This document shows, piece by piece, positions 46,216 to 58,175 of a stretch of 64,000 nt of DNA. A model generated the notes under the pieces. The model was not told where the DNA came from and did not search any database. It saw only the letters and a program-made list of their open reading frames with translations. Position numbers and translations under genes: made by a program. Position 1 is the first letter of the stretch. Every line of letters starts with the position of its first letter. The stretch is from the NCBI GenBank assembly GCA_905178155.1, contig CAJINV010000001.1:13080635-13144634 (forward strand), read 5' to 3'. The stretch is from Amoebophrya sp. A120 (taxonomy: Eukaryota > Protista > Dinoflagellata).

Positions 46216-47502
46216 TCACAAAAACACAAGCTCAGCGCGGTACCGGTTTTCCGATACGTCATACTGCAGTTCCGCAAGCTTCACTGGTCTGCACATCGCC
46301 CTCAAGCCAGGTAGGTGCAACTCGACTTTTGCCTCGGATTTTATGGCTTTCCCGATACCCATCGTCGTCTCCAGCACGCCCGTGCTATTGTGCGGATCCG
46401 CGGACGCGATCGCTGTGAAAAGCAACGGCAACTGGGCGGCAGTACAGCTCCAGGTGATCCTCGATAACGTCCACCACGCGTTTCCAATTTCCGCGAGCTT
46501 TGCTGGAGGGTCCAGCAGCGAGAGGTACGGCCCGGCCTGAAATTTCTGGTCCCGCACAAACTCCCAGCTGGCGCACTCAATCTCGTCTGCAAGCTGGAAC
46601 TGCCCCACCGCTACCGAAAGCACGTCGACGCCCGGCTCGTAGTGCGGTCGCGGTTGTGAAGCCGATGCGGTCGGGCAAGTGTCGCTCGGTCCGAGAGGTT
46701 TTATCAGCCACGCCTCCCCGTGCGGGGTGTATTGCCAGCCGCAGATGAGGACTGGGTGGGGCCTGCCGATGTGCGCGGGGCGAAACGCCTTTTTCGGACA
46801 CACTTGGGCCAGTTGGGCGGTCGGCACGAACGAGGTGCTTACCAGAGGCCCGTTCTCCACGATGCGCCGTTTTAACCCTATTCTCGATAACCCCGAAAAG
46901 GTTTCCAGCTGTGGCACCGTGACTCCGGGGTGCCAGTAGAGCTCAAGCGGTCGGCCCTGCGCGCGCTGCGCGCTCCAGTTGAGGGCCATCCGGCGGGCAT
47001 CGTCTAACGCAGAGGACGAGGGTCCGTGCCAAAACTCGGACCAAACATCCGCGTCTGCCACCTCGAGGTGGGCGTAGTGGTGGAAGAAGTTGAACTCATC
47101 GGGGATGTCGCTTTCGGGTTCCGGCTCTACGTCAGCGCTGCTGCTGGTCGTGTCGACGTGGTCCTGCTGTCGTCTCCGCTTGTTGCTGGTAGATTGTGTA
47201 GATGTTCGACTTGCGGATGCCGGCCGGGGGCGTTCTCCCGCTTCCAGACACTCCGCCACGAAGGAGTCGACGTCTTGGAACAAATTGGTGGCGACAACGC
47301 TACCGCCGTGTTTATCAGGATGCAGCCGAAGCTTCAGCGCCTTCACCGCTTGCTCTCGTGTTCTCCTATCTGCAAGGCCCTCCACCCGAAAATCGGGTGT
47401 GGCAGATTGCAGGAGCGCCGTGCAGCTGTCGTGATCGCGGGCTTGCTGATTCATGGCCTGGCTCACATGAGCCAAAAACAACCGCGCATACGGGTCTGAC
47501 AT
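46216..47502 (-). CDS. Paralog 3: J-like HPD segment plus papain-fold domain
   Basis: KLRLHPDKHGG; LKRRIVENGPLVSTSF; HPVLICGW...WLIKPLGP. Confidence 0.85.
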   Translation of the reverse strand: MSDPYARLFLAHVSQAMNQQARDHDSCTALLQSATPDFRVEGLADRRTREQAVKALKLRLHPDKHGGSVVATNLFQDVDSFVAECLEAGERPRPASASRTSTQSTSNKRRRQQDHVDTTSSSADVEPEPESDIPDEFNFFHHYAHLEVADADVWSEFWHGPSSSALDDARRMALNWSAQRAQGRPLELYWHPGVTVPQLETFSGLSRIGLKRRIVENGPLVSTSFVPTAQLAQVCPKKAFRPAHIGRPHPVLICGWQYTPHGEAWLIKPLGPSDTCPTASASQPRPHYEPGVDVLSVAVGQFQLADEIECASWEFVRDQKFQAGPYLSLLDPPAKLAEIGNAWWTLSRITWSCTAAQLPLLFTAIASADPHNSTGVLETTMGIGKAIKSEAKVELHLPGLRAMCRPVKLAELQYDVSENRYRAELVFL

Positions 47503-48631
47503 ATTGATGTTGATGCGGTGTGTTGCTTGATGTCGCAATTTTATGCAATTTCCTCGTATTCTGTACTTATTTCGCAAATCTTCTACCTGCAGAGGTTTTT
47601 GACAACTCTACTTTTGCAAACCAAAACAGACGGCATGAATGTTCGGTCTGGATCTAGTACTTCATGAAGTAACAGCCCCGAAGTCGACATGTTCGCTTTC
47701 TACGATTGTAGCCGATGGGGTTCTCGTGTGCCGTGTCGCTGTACTTAGTTTCCATATGGCCATCAACTCTTCTGACGAAAAGAGAGAGGTACTACTTAGA
47801 AGATGAACAAAGTGATGGAGTTCATCGCATCCATTCGAAACCAAAATCCGATTCGATATGGAGCATCCTGTCCAGAATAACTGAGGACCTCCATCTACCG
47901 TAAGAGGCGAGCTACATATGGGTATGGGTCTGGGAAAATTGAGCGGCGTCGGCGCGGCTTTCCGAAAGGTTGATATTGAAAGATTCAAATAGCAAATTGG
48001 TGAGAACTACTTTTCTCCGATTCATTGTAAGAGATCGTTGTCGGCTCGGGAAAGTCACAAATTTGAATTACAAGCGGGCTTCAGGCAGGTCTTTGGCCAT
48101 TTCGTTGGACGACAACAACACTGATTAGGCGGCATGTGAGTAAGGGTAGTACATGTGATTTCTTGGGAAGGTAAGCGTAAAAGCATTTTTGTTTATGCCG
48201 CCCCCACTTGTCCCTAGCACCAACTCCAATTGATTTTTCAGTGGGGCTATCAAATGCGAAATCAAGGTATTCGCGGCAAGGAAACGAGATGTAATGGGTC
48301 AGTTGGTCACGACTTCGGCGCTACAAATTTTATTGAAGTCTTTTTTTCTGGTTGTGGAGTTGTCCTACTTGGGTCGGGGGCGGCATGTTGTAGCTGTTGA
48401 TCTTTCTAAGTTGTACAACCGGTGCATTTTTTATTTTTGCGGCACACCGTCACAAAATGAAAGTCATCGGATGAAAAAGTGCAAGTTGTGGAGGAGGCAA
48501 AGCTGCAGTACTTACTCATTACCCAAGCGGTATGGTGCGCTCTACCAGAGACGACTCCGGATCTCGACGTCAACAACAACTTCGTCCTGCACTCTTGCCC
48601 CCCGCCTTCTGGCTGTCATCTGTCCTCCGAG

Positions 48632-51600
48632 TTATTGCACTGGAGCGCGGCCCCGCGTTGGCGCGGCAAAGACGAAAGGTATCCTCGGCGCCAGCACGGA
48701 GCCCACACAAAGTCTTGGCGCGCCCGCCGGTGGCTGGTGGGCCTGGAGCATGGCTTGTCTGGTTGCAACCGGTACCGATGCGGGTACGGCACTGGCTGCG
48801 AGGATTGTGTTGCTCCTTATCGAAGCGCTGGACCTAATCTGCATCGACTGACTCAACGGCTCATTGCTCGAGAAACTGCTTGTCGTCGTGGTGATGTTGC
48901 ACGCGTCCGCAGCCTGTGGTATGGCTGGTCCGGCAGCACCTGCCGCGGCACTAGCGGTAGTCCCGGGCGGAATCGCCGTCACGCTTGTCTTTATCGGAGG
49001 TCCGTGGGCTGGCCAGCCCGACGGCATGCGAGTCGGCGACGGCAGTGTCACCGCGGCCGACGGGGAGAACGGTCGGAAATTCGTTTGGCCGAGCGGACTG
49101 TGGCGGGCACCACTTCTGCCACTACCGGGGACGATCCTTCCAGGCGATGGGGACGGATTCAGTTTCCCGCTCACACTCCAGCTTGGGCGCGCACGCTGCC
49201 ACTGTACGCCGCCTGTCCCTGAGCTGAACGGCGGTTGCTGCGGCGTTATGATACCCGAGGTCTCTTCAGACTTCGGTGCTTGTTGCTGCGGCTGCTCGTA
49301 AATTCTAGAACTTGGAACAGTCCCCTGACCTGGTTGCTGCTGCGTCACTGCTCCTCCAGCTCCGATGGTGGGGACCAACAACTTTTGCGCCGGTATCATC
49401 TGCGCTTGCGGGGGCTGCCCCCCAGCTCGTGTTGCAAAGCCGCGGAGCCGGTGACTCACCGAACTATACGGTGAATGGTGCCAGTAGCACACACCGCGCT
49501 TCAAACTCGCCTCGCGAGAACAATTGTTCGAAGAGGCCAGTCGTCGAGTCGCTCCAGCGGTGCTGCTCTGCGACGTGCCGCGAGACACCGCACCGCTGGC
49601 GACCGCTGCGGAGGACGTCATGCCGGTCACGACGCGATGGGTCGTGCTGGGCGGTGGCCGGCCCCGTCCGCCGACCGTGGTCCCGGTCAGCAGTAAATTT
49701 CGGTGCAGCGATCCAGTTGTCACCACAGTCGTAGTTTTCGTTGCAGCTTGGGAGAAAAGACGCTGAGCTTCGATTCTTCCGCTGGAGGAGGATGCAGAAC
49801 TCGTAGTTCCCGACGGCTGCTGCTTGTTTTCATCTGAGCTTGATGTTGAGAAATTAGCATTCGCACTCTTTGATTTCTCTTCTGCCAGCAGCGGGACTCC
49901 ACCAGCGGAGCATGCGTTAGCTGGCAAAGTTTCCCTCGCGTTATTTTCGACAACTCTGGCGGCGTCCGTGCTCGTCGTCTGAGGGTCCTTGGTCTTTGCA
50001 GTGGTAACCGTGCTAGTACTAGTGCTCACGGTTTTATTCCGGGTTGTGGTCGCGCGGTCGCACTTCTGCGAGGGGTTCTGTAAGTCACCGGGAGGAGGAG
50101 GTGAGCCACTGCTTATTGCGTTTTCCTCCTGCAGCTGCTTCGTTTTTTCTCCTCCTGCCACACAGGCCGCCGCGGGAAACGTGCGCCGCTTGGTTCTGGT
50201 CACCGACGCGGATGCGTATCGCTGCTTGTGGTCGAGAAACTTTTCGTATCCTGTGCAAAAGTACTAATTGCAGTTATGCATGACAAATGCCCTTTCCAAT
50301 GTAAAACAGCAGGACAAATTCAATTTTTCATGCTGAGAAAATTTGTAATGCAATTTATACTAGTACGATGCTTTTGCAATTCATATTTCGAAGGGGGTGC
50401 CGATGTCCGGTTGGCGGGGCCCGAAACCTCCACGCTATGGAAGTGTCATAATCGAAATGGAAATTGGCAAAATCGAAAAATTTGTGATGCACAAAATCGA
50501 TGCCAGTTGGAGCCTCAGCTTCCAAGTGGCGCATGACAAATTTCGGGAGCACCCAAATCCAGTCTGTCATGCTGTTTGGGCAAAGAAGGCTGCTCCTGTC
50601 ATGCTACTCTGGCAGCAGATTGCATACCCCTAATCAGGCTTACAATCGGTCTCATGTGCCTGCTCCCCAATACAGGCCTTCAGTGCTTTACATTCTACGC
50701 ATCGCAACGTTTTCGATTTTGTCGATTTCGATCCTGACACATCCATACACGCGGCACCGGCGTTATTGGAGGCAAAACCCGCTCACCGCGCCAGGAAAGC
50801 GCGCGCTTGCACGGCATCACGGGTTCGTGCAACAGTTGAGGGAACGGCGGCGGAGGCTTGATCGTAAAGACGTGCTGTGCAAACAGTATGAAGAGAGTGC
50901 ACGTAGCGAAACTGATGTTGCCAACGCAAGGTTCGTGAAATCAACGAAAGGAGCACACGTCACTTTTGTTTTTGACAAGAAGGGACCATCACCATCAGCA
51001 AGTTCTTGTCGTGCAACAAATCACATAACATCATACTTACCGTCGTGCGATGCACTTGTTTCGCAGGACCGCAGGGTGCAGACTCCTCCCGCTTGCAGCT
51101 TGCACGGTTTCCAATGGAAAAGTTCGGCACGCGCCAGCCCCGCGTCTCGGAGGCAGCACGACTTTGCGCAGCCGCGACGTGAAGCAGTAGCGGTTTTTCG
51201 GCTTTTGGACTCGAGCAGCTCACCAACGACCCCACAGTTGAGAAGGGAGGAAACGGAATCTTACCCACAGAAGCACGCGTTTGCGTGATGTTTACCTTGG
51301 AATTCGGTAACGTCGTGTTTCCCGGAGAAGGTGAACCTTTTCTCAGAGCAGCCGCGGGGGGCTCCTGAAGAGTAGACGAACTGCTGCTAGTATTCGTCGT
51401 TCTTGCCCATGGTCGTTGCTGTCGTAATTGTTGAGTTGCGGCAGCACCCATATGGAGTTCTCAAATGTTACATTCTCAACTGTTATATGATTTGTCATGC
51501 AAAATTGCAATCCCAATCAGAATTGACACGATCAAGCTGCTTCGCATGACAAACTCCCGAAGAGCCAAACAGGCTGAGAATCTGCGCCAAATTTGTCATG

Positions 51601-53922
51601 CAAGACGCGCAAGGTCACCCCTTTGACTTTTGGCATTCTTGCATCACAAATTCATGTAACAATTGAGAATGTAACAGTTGAAAACGGCATAACCCAAGAC
51701 AACACTTTGTGTTGGTGAAGGAAACCCTGTCGCTTTATTGCCTCCAGTTTATCCTGTGCAAAAGTATCGCACTCGTATAAATGCAAGTCTTGCATTACAA
51801 ATCTTTTTCTTAAGGTAAATCCGCATTACAAATCTCATCTCTTATGCTGAGGAAATTTGTAATGCATTTATACGAGTACGATACTTTTGCAGTTCATACA
51901 GTTGTAGTTCTGACGACTGGATTGGCAGCACCAACCTGGTCGAAGTTCAAATTCTTGCTTCTTCCGTCTCAGGTTCTCATCTCGTCAGCCAGCAACAGCA
52001 TCGAAATCGTATCGAGGAGCATGTTGAGAACAAAGTGCAAAGACGCTATAGCACAATCGATATCACTTATTTTAAGTTGCTTTTTATTCGTTCGCAAGCA
52101 CATCATTAGTACTACTTTTACAACTGCTCCCATACCTTTCCGTTAATCGCTGCCCTGTTGCCGGCCTGGGCTTCTTTGAGGGACGCAAGCTCGTTGAGAA
52201 TAACAGCGTCGAAGGGTGACACAGAGTTTGGCCGAATTATGGTGGACGGCTGAAACGATGTGGAGTCGTCTTCGCACGAGCTCAGTGGCTTACCCGTCGA
52301 AATGGATGTAGGACTCGCTGCCTGTATTCGCTTTCGCGCGGAGCTGGGCGGAGGCTGGAGACAAAGAGAAAAAAGGAGTCACTCAGTGGTATGTGAGCAT
52401 GAAAAAGAAAACTCATTCTCATTTGACCATCGTACATAACCAGTGTGGCAAGCAAGCAATAGCAACAAGGTCCTCGGCTATATTAACGTTGCCAAATCGA
52501 GTAAAATTTCTGTCCAGAGAAGTAGTACGAGCAACGCCTCCACCTGTGAGGAACAATAGCTGTGCTCGGACGCTGGAGAGCTTCGTTTTGTCTGAGTCGC
52601 TGAGATTGGGATTTTGACAACATCGTTTTCGTTGCCTCTCGTCCGGTCTTGTAGACTGTCCTGCGCTCCCCGTGATCTACCGTAGTCAGGGGGCGGAATG
52701 GTAACGGTCCCCGATGCTGGTCCATCATCCTCCTCGACATCCCCTTCGTCAGGATAGATGCCATGCGAGCTGGTATGTGGCCCTGGCTCCGGCCCAAGAA
52801 GTGGCACTACAGCGGGAACGCCGGCAGAAGATGTTGAGGTAGATTTTGAAAAACCTGAGGTATTTTCCCAACATCACCCCTTTCGATTTTGGCCCGGACG
52901 AGTAGCCGTTCGTGGCTCAACAACGGAGTAGTTGCCGAACAAAAAGGATCGATGCATGAGATAGATGAGTCAGTGTCAGATTGATGAAACAAATGCAAAT
53001 GCATCACACGACGAAAAAAAAAACATCGAAAACCGAAACGAAGATCATACCCTCCTCGTAGCAATTATCGTTCTCTTGCTCGCTAAACTCGCTGTGGAAG
53101 TGCAGGTCGCTTTCTCCGCGCTTCGGGTAGACATCTTGCAGGGCGGCATCGTCGAAGAACTCCCCTTCTTGTTCGGAACCGGACGCGTCATCTCGCGCAG
53201 TCACGAACAGTTTACTACTTGAAGGCGGCGGGGAGCCATTGGGATAAGAAGATGAACTCGAACCAGCACAACCAGCTTCATTTTTCGCTAGAAATAAACT
53301 ACTGCTTCCCTCAGAGCCGCCACTGCGGGAACTGCACGAGGAAGATTTGGAGCTGCCGCAAGCAGGCTCTGGTGCTTCGGATGATGCCCCACCAAAGTCT
53401 GGCTGCCGGGTCGACATCGCCACCTGCTGAGCCATTGCGGTCGCTTCGCGTGGTTTTGTTGCTACGCAATCGGCACCCGTCCTTTCGTCCATATCGCAAA
53501 GCGGGATCTCGCCGGGCGTCCCGAAGGCATCCTCGCTCCGGCTGGAGGTGAGGATTTTTCATCTGCCTTGCTAGTACCACAGAAGTGCTAGGAGAATCAG
53601 ATTCCAAGGAACTAAAGGAATCTTCATCAACCACAACAGATTCTGAAAAATTCATTAACAACATCAACACAAAAACACGAGTATCCGGTGTGGTTCTCGT
53701 CACAGTAGCATGAATATACGCATCGTCCATGGCACTTCCGGCCTTGTGGCGGCGCTGACTGGTTGGCGTTGCGTTGCTCATTTGCCCCGGTGTGTGAAAC
53801 CCTGGCGTTCCGATAGCACCCAGGAGCACGCGCTCACTCACGCATGGTGATGCGTAGTCGCTCGCACCATCACCACAGCCTACGGGCGGAGGTGGACCTC
53901 CAGCACCACGGGGCATCGACAT
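48632..53922 (-). CDS. Large multi-exon Ser/Thr/Pro-rich hypothetical protein interrupted by four introners
   Basis: Frame stays open across introners 50247, 50436, 51451 and 51750 (PVPRGGFGPRQPDIGTPFEKFLDHK; VRTTTGGNKATG...SVVLGAAAT). The 5' exon structure above ~51950 is uncertain and could be a separate gene. Confidence 0.6.
50247..50385. mobile_element. Introner (139 bp), TATCCTGTGCAAAAGTA family, TSD TTTCG
   Basis: tatcctgtgcaaaagta / tgcttttgcaattcata; TTTCG at 50242-50246 and 50386-50390; frame restored. Confidence 0.92.
50436..50747. mobile_element. Introner (312 bp), TATGGA-GTGTCA family, TSD CACGC
   Basis: tatggaagtgtcataatcgaaat / atttcgatcctgacacatccata; CACGC at 50431-50435 and 50748-50752; frame restored. 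Confidence 0.92.
51451..51691. mobile_element. Introner (241 bp), same family as 114-564, TSD ACCCA
   Basis: Colinear with 114-564 minus a 216-bp block; ACCCA at 51446-51450 and 51692-51696; frame restored. Confidence 0.93.
51750..51898. mobile_element. Introner (149 bp), TATCCTGTGCAAAAGTA family, TSD CAGTT
   Basis: 36-bp TIR; CAGTT at 51745-51749 and 51899-51903; frame restored. Confidence 0.93.
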
Positions 53923-54779
53923 TTTCCTTTCGGACCGTGTCTCTGTGCACAATCTGGAACTTTCTTCACGATGAAGAAAAAAAAAGCTGCAGGCGGCAGG
54001 CTGTCGGTTTTCAAAGCGTTGTCCTACCGGACACAAAGCGACAGAAGAACTACATCAAAGAAAATCGTCCGTCGTCCACGGAAGTCTCGTCGTCCACGGA
54101 AGCGCTTAGGTCCTTTACTTACTCGCTTTCTGCGGGCTCCATACTGTTTTTCCTACTTTGCGGCCTTTTTAAAACTTCTTGAAGACCCACGCAGCTACCT
54201 CCAGTTAAAACTTTGCAACAGCAAGAACTAGTTCTCGTTGTACAGAGTAACCGACGCAGAACTCTCTCGCGGGTTCCTCTCGACCTCGCACTCAAAAAGC
54301 CGTGCCACCTAGGTACCAAAAAAAATGGCGTGTAACTCTTGGAACTTCAACACAGCTCCAACTTTCGGTGTAGTGATTTCAACCGAAGAAAAAGCAAACA
54401 GGAAAAGCAAAATAGCTTGAACCACGAACGGAAACGTAAAATGACCATACGGCAGAGACAGTGTTTTCTCGTAAAAGCATACGCAAATCGCGCAAGAATA
54501 CAGAGCATTTCCATTTGTTGCCCCCACCTGACGCAGCAGCGAACAAAACGAAAAGAGCCAACGACCGAGGGCACAACTTTCCGGCAAATTTTCTGCCATC
54601 TTTTGCATTCTCTGTCACCGATCATTGAAGACAGGTTGAAGGTAGTACGTACTGAGCTCATCCATCGTGTGCCGCGGACGGTCAACATTGGTCATTCATT
54701 GAAGTCCTGTTCTTCAGATATGAAATTGTCCTCACTTGTTCAGAATACATACAGTTTTTTCAAAGCCTGCTCACAGTTG

Positions 54780-57432
54780 TCACAGAAAGATCCCCGTGTC
54801 TTTACCTTGATGCACGGGCTCGGCAAAGTACTGGTGGTAGCCGCGCAGGCCCATGGGCCCCTGGCCGACCATGCGATCGAAGGTGAGAAAGTGGTCGGTG
54901 TGGGACGTGCGTGGCGCCATCGTGAGCACCGCGATGTCATCGGGGGGTAAGGACTCCTTTTTCGCCGTGCCCGTTTCCTCGAGCCCGGTGACCATTGCGT
55001 CGAGCGTCTTTTTGCCCTCCTTTGCGACCTTCAGTGCCCGGGCCTTCGATCCCGCGTAGGCTGCACTCGCGCCGGCCTTGATCGCGGACCCCGTGCGCGC
55101 CAGCTGCTTCTTCGTAAAATCCAGGGCGCCACGCCCGGCTTGTTTCGTTTTTGAGATCAAGAAGTCCCGCGTCGACATCATCGCGCGACTCGTCGCGTCT
55201 TTCACCTTCCGCGGAAGCTTCTTCAGCTCCTCGTATGGAGGTGTCAGGATCGAAATCGTCAAAGTTGAAATAGTTCGTCATGCATGGAATGCAACGCAGT
55301 AACTGCCTCTATTGCAGAGGATGCAAGGGAGCCAGATTATAGTGCTGGTAAGGGTCGAGAATTGGGCTGCTAATCAGGATCACAGAGGGAAGCCCCTTCG
55401 CCGTAACCAGCATGACAACCTGGCCTCCGGTACGGACAAAATTTGTCATGCACCGACTAGAAACTGATGTCGGCCCAATTGGTATGTATCGGTTTTATGC
55501 ATGACAAACTATTTCAACTTTGTCAATTTCACTTCTGACAGTTCCATACCTCGATCTTTCGGCGTACAGTGTCCTTGAACAGGTATTTGTTCCAGCTCAT
55601 CTTCTGCTATCCTGTGCAAAAGTATCGCAGTCGTAGTAATTGCAATCATGCATGACAAATCCTGTTTCTTAGCGAAATCAGCATTACAAATTCCATTTTT
55701 CCTTCTGGAAAAAATTGTATTGCGATTTATACTAGTAGGATACTTTTGCAATGCATATCTGCTTGAATGTTTCCCAAGATGTGGGCTGCACCCTGTACTC
55801 GCACTGGTCGAGTTTTCGGTACGTCGCACTCGCGGTGGGAAACGGTATCCACTTGCTCTTGTTTTCCAGCCGCTGCAGGGCCCTCGTTTTGCATTCGGCG
55901 ACCCTGCCGTCGGGGTCGTCCGGCCAGACGTCTACCGGGAATTCCTCGCGGCAGTCGATCTGATACTGTTGCTCCACCATTTTCGCAATATCGTAGGGCA
56001 CCTTCCTTCTTAAAGTCTTGTCAAAATCTTTCAGCTTCGCCAAGAAGCAGCGCTTGGCGCGAAAGTCTTGCGTGTATCAAAAGTAAAAATCCCCCCTCCC
56101 CATATCGAAAAGGCATGTTTCCGAAAATTTGGGTTGCTGATTTGAGGTCACAAATCGCATTCGTCTTGCAAGAAGACAAGGGCAGAAGCTTCCGCCCCAC
56201 CATGGAAGCGATTAGTCATGCTGTTGGCCCTAAAAGTGACCCGCTTGCCAACATGCTGAACAACTAGACCCATACGCCCCGACCTAGCCTGGGGATCTGG
56301 CCGCAGTGCCTCTCTGCAATACAAACCTGATTTGTGTACACAAATCCAGCATCAGAAGTTCCGTTTTGATATGGGGAGGGGGGATCTTTCCTTTCGATAA
56401 GGTGGCCGTTCGAATCACGTCCTCTTTCGCTTGGATCTTCCGCCGCCGCTTGGCGGCTTTTTCCGACGAACTCATCCAAAACCAGGGAAAAGCGGTGTTG
56501 TGAGACGGCGAAGACCCACCTGGCGCTGGACCTGGCTGCGGCTTGTTTTTATTATGGGGACGATTTATTTCATCTTCGTCTTCGTGGGCCCGCGGTTCTG
56601 GTAGATCATGACCCCTATAATTACGCCCTCTTTTGTTCGCTGCTGTTGTACTAATTTCTCCGGAAGGTAGTTTGATGCTTGACGAGGAAAGGTCGTGACT
56701 ACTTTTTCCAACTGAAGACGCTGCAGCGCCTGCTCCTACCCCAGCACCATTTTTGGCTGCAGCTGCATGCTTCGTTTCTGCCTCTTTCTGGTTCAGTTTT
56801 TGCAACTGCAGTTGCAGGTACTTGTCACTCATGATGTTTGGAGAGTACATCGGTTTTTTCCTGTTTTTCGCATACCCAAATTTTGCAGGCACTTGTTCCC
56901 GATGTTGTCCTGCCGCGCTGTTCGGGCGCCGAGGCCGATCCAGGAAGCTACTACTTCGCTGTCGTCCTGGCGACGAAAAGAACATCGGTCCGCGATTTCT
57001 CGTTGGGGACGAACACACTGCAGCTGTCGAGTTGAGAGACGTCGTCGCGAGATTTTTGCAGTTGTTCCTCCCTGTACTTTTCGCCCCAAGAACGCCAGAA
57101 GCGGCATGATCAGCCGCGAAAACAGCAGTGTGCGGCCTCGTCGTCCCAGATGATGCCCGTGTCTTGCAACTACTCGTCGGTGTTGTAGGATCCGACTCTA
57201 GAAAGGCGGAGTAGAGTGCGTGCTTTTGGCTCTGTCCGTGACCAAATCCGAAAGTAGATGCCGGTGCAGCTGGCGCAGCTCTCCCGCGCCCGGCGTCAAT
57301 ACTCACACAGACATGGTAGCCATCCACGTCCGAACAGCCGGAAGAAAAAGGTTTTTCGAAAAGATGAGCACAGCCTTGAAGGTTGTCACCGGCACCAAAC
57401 AAAGACGGCATGATAACTTCGATTGGTGTCAC
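54780..57432 (-). CDS. Hypothetical protein interrupted by three introners
   Basis: Joins give IRTATQDFRAKRCFLAKLK, ETFKQKMSWNKYLFKD and RKIEELKKLPRK; the 3' end may continue by splicing. Confidence 0.75.
55234..55548. mobile_element. Introner (315 bp), TATGGA-GTGTCA family, TSD CCTCG
   Basis: About 50-bp TIR; CCTCG at 55229-55233 and 55549-55553; frame restored. Confidence 0.93.
55608..55757. mobile_element. Introner (150 bp), TATCCTGTGCAAAAGTA family, TSD TCTGC
   Basis: TCTGC at 55603-55607 and 55758-55762; frame restored. Confidence 0.93.
56075..56399. mobile_element. Introner (325 bp) with C-rich TIR and imperfect direct repeat
   Basis: tatcaaaagtaaaaatcccccctccccatatc / gatatggggaggggggatctttcctttcgata; flanks GCGTG and AGGTG; removing element plus 5 nt restores frame. 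Confidence 0.88.
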
Positions 57433-58175
57433 TGGTCAGTCACATCGTCAATTCTTCTACTCAATCAGAATCCGAACGGCTACGGAATATGACACTACGA
57501 GACGAAGCAAATACTATGTTGCTCATATACTTTATTTTTATTTTTTTTTCCTCTACCGCCCCCAAACAGAAAAATAGACACGACGACTGCACACAAAATC
57601 AACCACAACAAAACGACACAATAAAGGACGATAAGGAGAGGGCATTCCTGTGCCGATTTATCGATTCCGAATACTCAAACGATCTGAAGTTGTCGAAACG
57701 ACACATCAGTGGTCCAGTTCGATTATTAGCGATTACTATTGGATGAAACTAAAACGAGCGAGCCGCAACGTGAGGACGCATACACCTAGACTTTGACTTA
57801 CGCAACGATGTGCTTCTAAGAATAGTAAAGAGTACACGACTGCGGCAAATCCTCACCAGCAAACATCTACCTGGACCTGCTAGCTATATCCACTGCGAAA
57901 CGCAAAAGCAAAACGTAACAATGTGTGTCTTCGTACTAGGGCACTAACCCTCCGTCCCCGAAGTCCTGTTCCCCGCCTGCGATGCATCGTGACAGAAAAT
58001 ACAGCATGGATGTGTGTGCCGGGAATGGTGTGCTACGAAGTTTCTCGGCGAGAAGAACTAAGTAGTCCTTGTTCACCGGCCATCACGGCAAACAAAAAGA
58101 GAGACGCAAAGTTAAGCAAAGGTACAGGAGTGCAGTTTCGATCGCTTCCCTGGATGAATAATTCCTGTAATATCG

